Source: Rebecca billardiae RCC1528
Taxonomy: Eukaryota > Protista > Haptophyta
Direction of reading: 5' to 3'
Length of the DNA: 64,000 bases
Assembly: GCA_965240325.2 (NCBI GenBank)
Contig: OZ251225.1
Location: 2,790,001-2,854,000 of the forward strand
The notes below the pieces were generated by a model. The model was given only the letters and a program-made list of their open reading frames with translations. It was not told the DNA's origin and searched no databases. Both the position numbers and the translations under genes were made by a program. Positions 34,651-47,501 of the stretch are shown here, piece after piece. Each line of letters opens with the position of its first letter. Within the stretch, counting starts at the first letter, position 1.

Positions 34651-35656
34651 ATGTTCACGCGCTCGCTCATGGGGCCGCAGCCGCTCGGCAAGTGGAAGAG
34701 CTCGCCGTCGTTTGGCTTTGGCACGGGCGATCGCGACACGCGCGAGAAGGTGTTCATCTCCTCTGCGCACGTGAAGGGCGTGTACGGCCGGCACTCTCCT
34801 GGGCCAGCGATGTACAGCCTACCGTCTGCAACCGGACCGCAGCTTCTCTCCACGAAGGAGAGCCAGGCACGCTGGGCGTTTGGCTCAGCGCAGCGGTTCC
34901 CACAATCCAAGCTCGAGAACTCACCCGGACCGGGCGCGTACGACCACCACCCGGCACTCGGGAGGCAGATCACGTCCAAGTACGCGTCGATGCCGGTGTT
35001 TGGCTTCGGCACCGCCGAGCAGCGCGCGAACTGGAAGATCTTCATCAGCCAGGAGCACAACCTCGCATTCTACGGCCGCGAGTCGCCGGGGCCGCTCACG
35101 TACGGTGCGCACACAACGATGGGCACGCAGCTGCTCTCGACGATGCGCTCCGCGCCGAGCCTGTCGTTCGGCTCGGCGGACCGCAGCTCGAAGGCGTCGC
35201 ACCTGAAGCGCGCGGCGGAGTCCCCCGGACCCGCCTCCTACTCGCTCGACGCGGCGATCGGCCGGCAGATCCTCTCGACGATGAAGTCGCCATCCATGCC
35301 GTCGTTTGGCCGCGGGCAGCAGATGCACAACCACAAGATCTTTATCAACAAGGAGATCAACAAGTCGTTCTACGGCAGGGAAGGCCCCGGCCCGGTGACG
35401 GCGACGCAGCTCCCCGGCTTCTACAGGCAGCCGCTCTCGCGCAATAGGACTTCGCCTCAGTGGGGCTTTGGCTCGGTGCGGCATCGCGCGCCGCGCGCCC
35501 GGCCGGCGCCGGCGCGTCCCGCGCGTGCGGAGCTCGCCGTCGCGCCGAGCCCTGACCGCTCGACCCCTCGTCACCGCCCGCGCGCGCGCACAGGCGCCGC
35601 GCTTCCAGGAGAAGAAGCTTGGAAAGCACCCGGGCCCTGGCGCGTACTGCGTGTGA
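34651..35656 (+). CDS. SHIPPO/STPG-repeat (ODF3-like) ciliary protein; intron 35476-35593; true start may lie upstream
   Basis: Repeated SPGPxxY/PGPGAY and PxFGFG motifs. Confidence 0.8.
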
Positions 35657-36316
35657 GCGTTGTCCTCTTTTCGCGTGTCTGCTCGGGTGCGCAGCCGGCG
35701 TGATGAGACGACCACGCGTACAGCCACTGGCCGCGCCCACGCGCTCACACGCGCCTCGGACACGCGCGACCCCGCGCCGCGCTGTCCGCAGGGAGTTTCG
35801 CACGCGCGTGTGCGTGATCCTGAGATGTCGATCGCGTCCTGCTCGCTCGTTCACGGCGTGTTCATCCGCGAGCTCCCGGCCACGGGCGCCCGCTCTCGGT
35901 CCACTCGAGCCGACGGCGCTTAGCCTCACCCGGCTCAGCATCGGGCATCTGCGCGCACCGCGAGGCGAGTCCCTGCAGGCCCCCGCTGCTGCCACCAGCC
36001 TGCAGTGTGCGGGGCGGCATCAGCGTCTGCGAGTCTGCTCACTCCGACATGGTCCGTGAAGACTGCTGTCGACTGCTTTGCAGGAAGTCGCCGGGCGCTG
36101 AGCGGCTCTGTCATTACACTGACCTGTGACCGCCGCCTATTCTTGTTTCAAAAGTGCAGTCGTGCTGCAGCGGAAGTTGCGACGACGACAGAATTCGGGC
36201 ATCAATCTGACCAATCATTCTGCTAATAAAATCTGAAATCATCGGCGCGCCCGTGTCGGCCCGCGCGTGCGGAGGCTGTGGCGACCGAGGCCAACCGCAT
36301 TTCGAAGCTGGCCCCG

Positions 36317-37453
36317 ATGCGGCTGGGCGAGGTCGTGCTCAGCCTTCTGCTGGTGGGCGCGGCGCACGATGCGGTGGTGCATGCCAGTCAAGAGCACCTG
36401 TCGCCACCTCCGCCGTCGCCTTCACCGCCCCCCTTTCCCCCGGACTTCAACGACGAGGACAGGTGGATGCACAGCTGGGCGCCGAACGTGAAGGGCCTGG
36501 CGAGGTATGACGCGTGGGCTGCGGCGTACTTGGCCAACACGACGATGCACCCGGGCTCCGTGAGAAACGACAATCCGAGCTATCCAGGCGGCAAGCAGTG
36601 CCCGCCTGGGACGCTCACAGACGCCATGCACCGGGACTACGGCGCGGTGCCCGGGTGCAGCCAGGTGTGCATGCACGGGCACTTTCTGGACGTCTTCGAG
36701 AGCCGCGGCGGCCGACTCGGGGGCTCTTGCGAGGACGACGGCTGCAACGACTACGTTGGGGAGAGCTGGGTCGCGAACATCCAGTACTTCAAGTACGCGT
36801 GCAGCCCGCGCGGGCCGACGATCGACCCCACGTGCCTGCAGGACGGCTGGAGGTCCATGGAGTCTGAAGCGTGCATGCACCAGCTCGACCTGCTGTATGA
36901 GTTCATGCACACGCGCAACACGAGCGACGGGGGGACTGCGGCACGGCGGCGATTCGCCGGCATTCGTGGCGCGTCCATGCCGTGGCACGAGGTCGTCGCG
37001 CTCGTGGTCGCGATCGTCGCGGCGTGCGCGGCGTGCAGCGCGCTCGTGCTGCTGTGCTGCATCCTGGAGCATCGGCCGGAGCTGATCAGGCCGGGCGGCG
37101 GGATCGACAAGCACGACTCGATCGGAGGCGGCTCGCTGAGGCGGGTCGAGGTCTTCCGCGGGTTGCGCGTCGCCGAGATCAACGAGGGGCTGCCAGGGTC
37201 GGCGAGCAAGGCCGTGGTCACGCGCGACGGCGCGGTGTACGAGTGGGCAGCGACAAACGTCCTGCGCACACGCGCACAGCAGGGCGGCGCCGATGGCGAC
37301 GACCCTGCGGACGGCGGTGTCAGTGGCGTGAGAAGAGCCTCGGCCCGCGGAACGGGCGAGGGTCAGACACCGTCAGCACTCTTCTCTCCTGGGCCGAAGC
37401 TGCTGGGCCCCGGCGTCAGAATCAGTCCATCGCCGGCGCAGCCCATGGAATGA
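36317..37453 (+). CDS. Type I membrane protein with signal peptide, Cys-rich ectodomain and one TM segment
   Basis: MRLGEVVLSLLLVGAA start; Pro-rich linker; several Cys; TM VVALVVAIVAACAACSALVLLCCIL. Confidence 0.65.
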   Translation: MRLGEVVLSLLLVGAAHDAVVHASQEHLSPPPPSPSPPPFPPDFNDEDRWMHSWAPNVKGLARYDAWAAAYLANTTMHPGSVRNDNPSYPGGKQCPPGTLTDAMHRDYGAVPGCSQVCMHGHFLDVFESRGGRLGGSCEDDGCNDYVGESWVANIQYFKYACSPRGPTIDPTCLQDGWRSMESEACMHQLDLLYEFMHTRNTSDGGTAARRRFAGIRGASMPWHEVVALVVAIVAACAACSALVLLCCILEHRPELIRPGGGIDKHDSIGGGSLRRVEVFRGLRVAEINEGLPGSASKAVVTRDGAVYEWAATNVLRTRAQQGGADGDDPADGGVSGVRRASARGTGEGQTPSALFSPGPKLLGPGVRISPSPAQPME

Positions 37454-37614
37454 CTCCGCGGACCGATCTGACGGATCGGCGGAAGACGATCCACCACGGG
37501 CACGGGCACGGACCGGACGGACCCGCCGCGGCCGTGGACTCAGTCTCACGACTCACTGAGCCCGTGTCAGTCGCACGTTATTCAGGCGGGCGCTGGTACT
37601 TATTATTCGAATAA

Positions 37615-38850
37615 CGAGGCTCCGGATTCGGTTGACCCCTGCCAGTGGCGGGCATTCTGAGAACCGAGTCGAAGTCACTCGAGCGGACCATATAGCCGGG
37701 TCCCTCCCGACCCCCGATTGATGACTTCAAAGCGACATTGAGCATACACCCACCTCCCAATATGTTTCAGGCTCAATTTTCATAAGTAACACATACAGAA
37801 ATCTGACCGAAATCCGAAAATGGGTAAATGCATATTGGCGCGGGTATTTCTGACGGAACTTGTATTCCATTTCATGCATCACGCACGCCATGACCATGTA
37901 TGTCACGCCTCACGGCAGCTCACCCGGCCCCGCACTCTTGTGCCGCGCTCTTCTCTCAGCTGGTACACCGCCGGACGCGGCCGCTCCGCCGCCGCTGCCG
38001 CGTGCCTCCGCCTCGTGCCGCGTGCTGGGGCGCCGCTGAAAGTCGGGCGTGATCGGTTGCACGGGCGTGAGCACGACAACGCCGCGGACGATCGTGTCGC
38101 TCTCGATCTCGCCGGTGCCCAGCTCGCGCGAGCGCCGGTCAAGATCCATGCGCGCGTATCGCTTGAAATCAGACTCGCCCCCCCATCGTCCACCACTGCC
38201 CGTCCGCCTCCTTCTGCCGCTTGCTGCTTGTCTCGGGCTCTGAGTCGCCCTCGTCGCGACTTGCAGTGTCGAGCGCGTAAGGATCACAAAGTACTCGTCC
38301 AGACAGAGAGGCCTGAGCTTATCGACGACGAGATGGAAAAGCATCCGCTCCATCGTGTTGTGCGTCCTCGACATGTTCACCTTGATCTGATTGCAGAGGT
38401 CCGGAGACGGCGCAACGTGCAGAGAGGCTTGCACCGACCGTGGAGTGCACTGACGAGGTCGTGCCAGACACCGTGTGCACGATCTCCAGGTCACGCGCGA
38501 CCGCAAAGAGGTGCTCGGCATCGCGGTCGCCAAGATTACCTCCCAGCTGTTCGTACGAGACGTCGGTGTCGAACACGATGCGCACACCCACGCGACCCGC
38601 GCCCGCACCACCATAGTGGGCAAAAGGCCCAAAGTACCCGGACTCCCAGTAGAAATGGTGAAAATCGGGCTCTGGCGCCGTGTAAAAACAAGCGATCGCG
38701 GCAAACGGTGCGGATTCGCGCTCAGCTCGCCAACCCGAGTCCAGCAAGCCTTCGACCGCCTCCGTGCGACCTCGCGAAGGTCGTTTTCATTTTCGGTACG
38801 CCCGGTTTCTATGACCGGACTGGCAGGGGTCAACCGAAGCCGGAGCCACG
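37615..38850. mobile_element. ~1.2-kb segment bounded by inverted repeats, containing disrupted coding-like sequence
   Basis: 37618-37646 and 38819-38847 match as inverted repeats at 28/29 positions; no clear TSD. Confidence 0.55.
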
Positions 38851-40125
38851 ACGGCCCGCATTCAGATTGCCTCAGTAGTGACTAGTCACTTAATGGCATT
38901 TCAGTCACGGAGTACAGGCTGTGGCTCCGTGACAGTGACGTTACACTTACAATCAGCATATGATTTTCATCATCATGTCAATCATGATCATGAGTGGTAA
39001 ACATGACTTATGAGTCTGACTAGCTACAGACTAGCCAGTTACGCAGATTACATAAATAATAAACCAAAAATGGTCATATAATAGGCGACAGTCCTGTGTG
39101 CGAATCAAGCCTCGACGGGCGTCGGCCAACCCGTCGGCCACAGGATGCCCACTTTTGCCCGTTCATCGGCCAGTGGCCGACTACGACGAATAAATATGAA
39201 TAAATGAATACATATATACATATATATATTCATTCATCCCTTTTTATTTTTCGGCAAAAGATTATTCACCACTCGGGCAGAACGTATGGTACCCCAACGA
39301 GGTCGGCTTGAGTCTTGACTCTGTCTGGGCATGATCTCGTCGCAGAAGCTGCTTGCAGCCGACTACTGTGCTGCGGCAGCCACCGCTCGTCCGCTCGCCG
39401 CGAGGCTGCCGCAGTCGCCGCGTCGGCAGACGTGGTCTGCGTGAGACGATGCCGCAGCGCTGCTGGCAGTGCAAGCGCGAGCCGTGGCAGAAGTAGGGGT
39501 CGTGGGCGCGGGCGTGGGCGCGGTCGCGGGCGCGGGTGCGGCCGCTGACTCGCCCTCGGAGTCTCGCCGGGCTCGCCGCCTGCTGCACCTCGCGTCCTTC
39601 ACTCGCCGGGCCGGCGCGCAGAATCGGCAAATACATCGCAATAGACATAGTCGCCTGTAACTGATATAGTATATCAGATTAACACACACAGGCACACACG
39701 TGTACACACCTGCCAAGCTCGGTCGAGACCGCCACTGGGGCTCAACAAGTCCACCAGTTGGGTCGGCCGAGCCCCGGGGCCGCCCTCTCGAACTACGACC
39801 GTGCAGAGTCGGACAGTGCTGCAGCCCGCGCGGCGTGCTCACGCGGCCATCACGCGCCAGCCGCCGTGGCCGTGCCGTCCGGCGCGGCCTACGAGTACGG
39901 CGGTCCGGCCGCCGGACGGCCATCGGCATCGGCCAATACCCATCGGCCAGAGATGGATGGTCGACCGCCAACCATCGGCCATGGCCGCCTAGCGGCCAAT
40001 ATCATCGGTCATCATGGCCGGCCTAATAATATAGGCGGCCTTGATTCGCACATAGGGCGACACTCTAGCTGAATAAACGGAGGCCCGTAGTCATCGACGA
40101 CCGCCCCGGCCTCCAGGCTGCCACG

Positions 40126-40986
40126 CTAGCGTTGCCTCCGGTTCTCAGATGATCGGTCGGATGCGCGTGTGCTCCCACTCCCAGCCGAGCCCGTGCCGGG
40201 CATCGAAGAGCCGTCTCTGAGTCCTGGAAGCTGTCCTTGCACCGTAGGCGGCTCCGGGGTGACGTCGACCGCGTCGGACGAGGATGGTTGAGTTGCGGTC
40301 TTAGAGAGCCCGAGCTTCTTTGCCAGCTCCGAATCGCTCGCGAACGTCTCGATGAACCACGCGATCGTCGCCACCGGGATGATGTCGGTCCCCGGGAGCG
40401 CCTCCTTCACAAAGTCCACGCCGGCCACGGGGTTGGAGCTGAAGAGCGAGCGCAAGAGCACGGCACTGGTCGGTGCCCACACGGCGTCGCCCACGTCGCC
40501 AATAAATGGGAGGAAGTAGCTCGCGTCACCCCCGAGGTCGATGATGATGCAGGGGATGAGCTTGAGCCATTGCTCTGGCGCAACTGTGGTCACCGGGGGC
40601 GGATCGAAAGCATCTGCGGCACCTGTCCGGCCTGCACGGCCCGTGGCCCGTGGCGGTGGTGTTGGCGGTGGGAGCACGCGATCACGAGCCTCGATCATGG
40701 CGCGGGATAGCCCTCGCCACGCGAGCGTTGCAAGGATATTGGCCCCGATGAAGGCGGCGGCTCGATTGACCACCATCTGTGCCGCCTGGTCCCACGTGTC
40801 CCGGATGGTCTGCACGTCAAAGAGCGTCGCGCGAACGTCTGAGACGGGGGCAAGCGGTGCTCGTCGCAGCGGCATGCGGATAGCTGGCCGCATCGGCAGT
40901 CCTGGCGGAGACCAGCCCCGGGCAGACCCCACCACGCACATGGCAGCGAGGGCAAGCGCCATCCCGCGCGGGCCCGCCGCCATCAT
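40126..40986 (-). CDS. Putative plastid-targeted membrane protein of unknown function
   Basis: Signal peptide followed by an Arg/Pro-rich transit-like peptide; conserved-looking domain DxxGDASYFLPFIGDVGDAVWAP...KEALPGTDIIPVATIAW. Confidence 0.65.
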   Translation of the reverse strand: MMAAGPRGMALALAAMCVVGSARGWSPPGLPMRPAIRMPLRRAPLAPVSDVRATLFDVQTIRDTWDQAAQMVVNRAAAFIGANILATLAWRGLSRAMIEARDRVLPPPTPPPRATGRAGRTGAADAFDPPPVTTVAPEQWLKLIPCIIIDLGGDASYFLPFIGDVGDAVWAPTSAVLLRSLFSSNPVAGVDFVKEALPGTDIIPVATIAWFIETFASDSELAKKLGLSKTATQPSSSDAVDVTPEPPTVQGQLPGLRDGSSMPGTGSAGSGSTRASDRSSENRRQR

Positions 40987-41260
40987 AACGTGATGACGTG
41001 TCGCCGCCTCACCAGCGCGTTCCGTGCGTCCGGAAGGTTCGGCTTGCGGTGACGAGACCGCGGAACGCAAGGCCGAAGCTCGGACTGCGGCGGGCCTGCT
41101 TTGAAACGCTAACGGCTCAGATTGATGATGTGATTGGATGCGGGTACATTCCTCGATTGCAAATAGGACCGAGCGCTTCCGCGCGCGCATCCGCCGACCC
41201 ACACTGCGGCGCCTCGCGAGCAGCAGCAGCACCCCGAGCTAGACTTCCGCCCGCGGGACG

Positions 41261-43806
41261 ATGGCACCGCCGAAGAAGCAGTACGGCGTGGTGGACGCGA
41301 ATGGCGTTCTCTGGAAGGCAACCAGCGTTGGGAAGTTCGCCACCGTCCCAGCGCCGGGCGTAACCACCATCTGGGAGTCGCTCGTCGACTCGGCGAAGAA
41401 GCACGCCTCGAAGGATGCGGTGGGCTGGCGCCCGGTCGTGTCGCGCGAGATGGAGGCGGGCGAGGGCGGCAAGCAGTTCGAGAAACTGACGCTTGGGCCC
41501 TACGAATACCTCACCTACTCGCAGTACTTCAAGGAGATCGAGGCGTTCGCGAGCTCGCTCATCGAGCGCACCGGCCTGCGCCCGAAGGACAAGATGGTCA
41601 TCTTCGCCGAGACGCAGAAGGAGTGGATGATCGCGGCGTACGCGGCGTGGCGGCACAACGTGACGGTCGTGACGATCTACGCGACGCTCGGCGAGGAGGG
41701 CGCCATGCACGGCATCCAGCAGACCAGTGCGGCCGTCGTCGTCGCTGATGCGAAGCTGCTCAAGGTGAGAGCCGCGCTTGAATGCGCACGCTCACGAGCC
41801 ACGCGGCCAGCGGTCGGAGCGCGAGCCGCGAGGCGGGCAGAGAGCCCCCGCGTGCGGGTCGCGTGGGCTGCCGCGTCTCTCTCCGCTCCGCTCGCGCCCG
41901 TGCCCCTGCACGCCCTCTGCCTGACCGCCGCCACCCGCGCGCCGCCGCTCCGTCCCGCCGGGCGCGGCTCGTCGTGTGCACCCTCCCCACCGCCAGGTGC
42001 TGGGCGGCGTGGCCGGCAAGTGCAAGTCGCTCAAGCACGTGGTGACGATCACGCCGGGCGCGACGGAGGCGAAGCTGACGGCGGCCGGGATCAAGCAGCA
42101 CGACATGGCCGAGATGCTCAAGGAGGGCGCCGCCAAGCCGGTCATCGATCCGTCGCCGCCCACGCCGACCGACATCGCGGTGGTCATGTACACATCGGGC
42201 ACGACCGGTCTGCCCAAGGGCGTGGTGATCTCGCACGCCAACGTGATCGCGCTGGTGGCAGGCACGCTCTCGAGCGGCTCGATCCTGAAGAGCGACATCG
42301 AGCCCCTGAGCGAGAAGGTGCGCGTCGCGCGCGCGCGCTCGCGCGCGTCGGAGCCCGCGCAGCGCTCGCGCAGCGCTCCGGCGCGCTCGGCCGTCGCGCC
42401 CGCGCGGCTCGAGCCAACCTACTGCCCTCCCCGCGCGCCCGCCTGCCTGGCCGTCGGTCTCAGGACGTCTACCTGGCGTACCTGCCGCTCGCGCACATCA
42501 TGGAGCTCGCGGTCGAGGTGACCCTCTACTACCAGGGCCTCCTGCTCGGCTACGGCACGCCGCACACGCTCACGCCCACCAGCGTGAAGATGAAGCAGAC
42601 GACGCCGCCGCAGCAGGGCGACGCGATGGCGCTCCGGCCGACACTGATGGTGTTCGCGCCCGCCGTGCTCGACCGCGTGTACTCGGGCGTGAAGGCGAAG
42701 GTCGCGAAGGGCTCGGGGCTCAAGCAGACCCTCTTCAAGTGGGCCCTCGCCTCGGGCATCTCCAACTACGAGGCGGGCGGCGTGGGCGCGTGGTTCCTGT
42801 ATGACAAGGTGGTGTTCGCCAACGTGCAGGCGCTGCTCGGCGGGCGCGTGCGCGGCATGCTGGCGGGCTCGGCGCCGCTCTCGGCCGACGTGCAGAAGTT
42901 CGTGCAGTCGTGCTTCAACGCGCCGCTGCGGCAGGGCTACGGGCTCACGGAGACATGTGCCGCGACCACCCTCGCCACGATGGCGGACAACACCACCGGG
43001 CAGGTCGGACCGCCGCAGGAGTCGGCGTGCATCCGGCTGCGCGACTGGGCGGAGGGCAACTACCGCACCTCGGACAAGGACGACCCGGCGATCGGGATGC
43101 CGCGCGGCGAGATCCTGATCGGCGGGCCGGCGGTGTGCCAGGGGTACTGGATCGACCCGAACCACCCGGACAAGGAGGTGGACAAGAAGAACAAGGAGGA
43201 CTTCGTCACGCTCGACGGCATCCGCTACTTCTGCACTGGCGACATCGGCCAGATCACGCCCGCGGGCCAGGTGCAGATCATCGACCGCAAGAAGGACCTC
43301 GTCAAGCTGCAGATGGGCGAGTACGTCGCGCTGTCCAAGGTGGAGAATGTGCTCAAAAACTCGAAGTACACGCAGATCCCGCTCGTGTACGCCGAGTCCA
43401 CCAAGTCGTACTGCATCTGCCTCATCTGCCCGCAGGTGTGCGCCGCGCGTGCGCACAACGGCCGCGCGGGCGCGCCGCGTGCCTCACCCGACACCCGTCC
43501 TCCATCGGCTGTCGCCGCGCCCGGGCGCAGGCGGTCAACATCAAGAAGCTCGCCAAGGAGAAGGGCCTGGAGACCGACGACCTCAAGACCTTGTACGCCT
43601 CGCCCGCGATCCAGGAGGAGGTCCTCGCCGACATCAAGGCGGTGTGCAAGGCGGGCAAGCTCGCGGCCTTCGAGACGCCGAGCAAGGTGGTGCTCATCGA
43701 CGACGAGTGGTCGGTCGAGAACGAGATGCTCACGACCACGATGAAGGTGAAGCGCAAGCCGATCGCCGACAAGCACATGGCCCAGATCAAGGCAGTGTAC
43801 AAGTAA
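41261..43806 (+). CDS. LACS: Long-chain acyl-CoA synthetase; introns 41765-41996, 42318-42463, 43436-43530
   Basis: YTSGTTGLPKG, YLPLAHIME, QGYGLTE, TGDIG, IIDRKKDLVKLQMGEYVAL. Confidence 0.95.
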
Positions 43807-44136
43807 ATGCGCCGTGAATGGTGAGTCCTGGGAAGTCCCGTGCACCGCCGACTCCGAGCCTGACCAAGCAAGGTCTCGCGCTGCAATTCACGCGAATCAT
43901 CGCGATGGCACCGGCTTAATTGATTGATGAGTGAGCTCGACCAGGCGTGGCGGCCTGATGGTCGTCAGCCCCGGGGCCCGCGCCGCGTCGATGCCACATG
44001 CTTGCGTTATTAAAATATGCCGCCGGTCACATAAGTCAGCCGCATTCTGGCTCTGCAGTCCGTGCTCGTCGTAACTATTTACCAACTTAACCGGACAGTC
44101 TAATTTACCCGACGTACTGCTTAAGTATAACTACTG

Positions 44137-44137
<1 letters not shown>

Positions 44138-44211
<74 letters not shown>
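44138..44211. repeat. (TA)n microsatellite
   Basis: Perfect TA run. Confidence 0.97.
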
Positions 44212-44216
<5 letters not shown>

Positions 44217-44894
44217 TACTAAGTTAGTCTACTAGCGCAGTCTAACGAAAGGCACTATACAGTAGAGCTCTGTCTCGGCGCACTAGCTATGGCTCTCCGC
44301 AGTGCGAGCGGCAGCGCCGGCAGCTGACGAGCCGCGGTGACTCCGTCTGTCCGACCAACTGACGTCTACTGACACGGCGGTCTATAACTATTAACTACTG
44401 TCATACTTCGCGAGGAGCCTCACCCTCGGGCTCGGACTCGACTCGGTATCGTCCTGACTCCCGAGGCCATCTTGAAGCCATCGGAATAACGGTGACGTGA
44501 TGCGGACTCACGGCCTCGCCTCGGGCCAAGGGCAAGTAGCCGTACGCTGAGTCGCAGGCCGAGCCGCCGAGGTCCCGGACGAGGAGCGCATGACGATGTT
44601 ACTGCGCTAGCTACAACTCATCACACACAGTGTGTAAGTAATATGTTGCTGCGGCAGCGGAACCGGAATCATGCGGATCCACTGCTGCTAGTCGTCGGAT
44701 GATATATGCCACAATTTATGATATGACCGCGTTCCGCGGTCCTTTTCTGCATAGAATCAACGCAGTTGGGGGCCCGCGGTGGCCGTGCAATCGCGGCTCT
44801 CCGCCGTAGTGGCAGTTCGCCAGTTGAAGTCGGTTCTGAGATGACTGAAGCTACAGTATATTAGTCCGACCGTCGCCCTGCCTGCGCGACCGCG

Positions 44895-45155
44895 AGACTC
44901 ATTCACACTTCACACAATCGTAAGACTCATTCACACTTCACACAATCACAGCAGCGGACCTGAGACCGCACCCGGCACCGGTCGTCAAATCGGACGTCCG
45001 TCTGACAACTAGCTGCCAAATGTCCAACTGGCTGATCAGCTCGGATCCGACCCGTCCGCGATCGTGCCATCGGCATCGGAATTACTACTAGTAGCTGCCA
45101 AACTGTGTCCAACTCTGGCTGATCAGCTCGGATCCGACCCGTCCGCGATCGTGCC
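44895..45155 (+). repeat. Local direct duplications: agactcattcacacttcacacaatc x2 and tgtccaact(ct)ggctgatcagctcggatccgacccgtccgcgatcgtgcc x2
   Basis: Seen directly at about 44895/44923 and 45021/45106. Confidence 0.85.
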
Positions 45156-46277
45156 GAGTGAGTCGTGCCGCGGAGCTCGGAGTACTGAAGGAGTCGGGTG
45201 TGACAGCAGGGTGCTTTAGCGCTGCGGCCCGTGCCAGCCAACGACCAGACGTACTCTGGCCACTTGACCCGTTGCACGGGTGAGTGACCGTACGCCCTGC
45301 CTAGTGCCTACCGCGCGCGCCGCGCGACCGGCGACTCGGGGTGATGGAGAGCGGATGGCGACAGCAGCAGCAGTCCTCATGAAGACGATGAAACTGGCGG
45401 CACGGGTGCACGAGGTGGCAGGCGAAAGCGCGCCGACGAGACCGCATTTGACACACCTGAGCCGCACGCGCGTGCCGTCGCCGAGCCGGCGAGCGCTGCA
45501 AACGCGCAACCGTACCGCGCGCGCCACGACGGCGCGGCACTAGCTGATGCAGGCCGTACTGCCGGCACTGCTTCTGCGATCATGCGCCACGGTCGCAGCT
45601 GACTGCGTGAGCAGCAAGCGGGAGGCGGGTCCGGAGGCACGTGCAGGCGCCGTCCCGCATATCCGCCATCGCCCATCGTGCCGGGGCACGTCACCTCCGA
45701 CGATCCGGATGTGGCCCAGTCCGGACGTCACGCGATCCGGGAAGACGAGTACGATTCGCTCGTAACGAACCGTTACACTAATGTCACGTCCAGCTGACGT
45801 CCAGATCGCACTTTACTTAAGGGAATCAGCTGGGCGCGCTTTTTTTTGGCCTGATAGACCTCTCAATGCGATCTCAAAAACTCGAAACTCGGTCTCCGCC
45901 AGCCCTAAAAATCGCCCCCCGTCCCTTTTTTTCCGCCGCCCCCCGTCCCTTTTTTCTTGATCAAAGATCTTTTTGAAACGTGGTTCGGGCCCGCTGGTGC
46001 GGGCTCCACGCTGCGCGCTCCGCCCTGCACCGCGGGCCATGATGGTAACATACTGATATAATAATATATATATATGTCTGCTCACTGCTGTGTCGACGTC
46101 GTGACGCTTCAGCACGAGCAGTCTCACTAGATAAATCGAGCAGCTTAGCTAGTAGCCGAAAGTCTGCTGCTCACCACTCTTAGAGACTCGGTAGGCGTCT
46201 AGCAGTAGCTCCGACGAACGACTCGGACCGCGATCTGAGGCTCGGCTCGCAGGATGCGAGTCACAGCAGCTGCGAGC

Positions 46278-47401
46278 TTAACTTCCGTCCACGCCATTGC
46301 CCGACGACGTGGACGAGTCACCTACACTGTAGCGGACGTACCCTGCAACACGCAGCTTCACCCCCAACTCGCGAGCTTTCGCCGCCACGAGCTTGTCCAC
46401 GCGCCCCTTCTGCTCAAGGACAAACTCCTGCTCGAGCAGCACTGTCTCGCTGCACCACTTGGCCAGCTTGCCTTCGACAATCTTGTCGAGAACGTTCGGC
46501 GGCTTCTTGGAGTCGGCGAGCTGCGCTCGAAACACGGCGGACTCCTCGGCGATCTTCTCGGCTGGGATCGACGCGCGGTCGAGGTACACCGGCGACGCGG
46601 CTACCACGTGCATCGCAAGCTGCTGGCCGAGCTCGGCGACGGCGGGGCGCGCACCCTCGCTCAGCCCTCCCTCTGCCTCCAATGCCACCGCTGCGGCAAT
46701 GCGCCCCAGGTTTGGCGTGTACACGTTGTGCACGTAGTGCGCGACGTGGCCCGACGGGGCGCGGAGGAGGGCACCGCGCCGCAGCAAGATGTTCTCGCCT
46801 GCGTGCGATGGGGCGCACGGGAGCGCACGGGAGCGCCAGCCTGAGTGACCGAGCGCGCAGGCGCATGCACAGTGGGCCAAGCTTTGCGCGCACCAAGGGT
46901 TGTGATCCCATCCACGATAGCATCATTCACCGTGGTGGCCGTGGCCGAGGATGGCTCGCTGATGCGCTCTCCCAGCACCTTCTCCACCTCGAGTGGGACC
47001 GCTGTCGCCGCCTCATCTCCCGCGGGCGCCAGTCGCAGCGCAGCCGCCGCGATTGCGTGCGCGAGTGTGTGGAACGTCTCGTTGCGGGCGACGAAGTCCG
47101 TCTCCGAGTTGAGCTCGATCAGCGCGACACAGTCGCTCGACGAGGATGGGCACACGCCGACCACACCCTCGTTCGCCCCTCGACTCGCCTTCTTCTGCGC
47201 AGTCGCCACGCCGCTCTTCCGAAGCCAGCCCGCGGCTGCGTCGAGGTCGCCTCCCTCCGCCTCAAGTGCCTGCTTGCACTTGTTGATCGGCGCGCCGGTG
47301 CGCTGACGCAGCTGCTTCACGAGGTCTGCGCTCACCTTGCCGGAGAGCCCGCGGATGAGGCCCAGCCGGAGCGCATGGGCAGGGCGGCTCACGAGCAGCA
47401 T
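46278..47401 (-). CDS. TSFM: Translation elongation factor Ts, mitochondrial; intron 46893-46799
   Basis: LVKQLRQRTGAPINKCKQAL, ELNSETDFVARN, GENILLRR, QLAMHVVA, KIVEGKL, LLEQEFV. Confidence 0.93.
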
Positions 47402-47501
47402 ACGTACGGCGGCCACGTCGATTCGGTCGCGATCGTCGCGCGATTTCTTCCGCTCACATGAACGGAACCCCCTTGCTCACATCCCCCGTGTCCGCCCGGC
47501 C

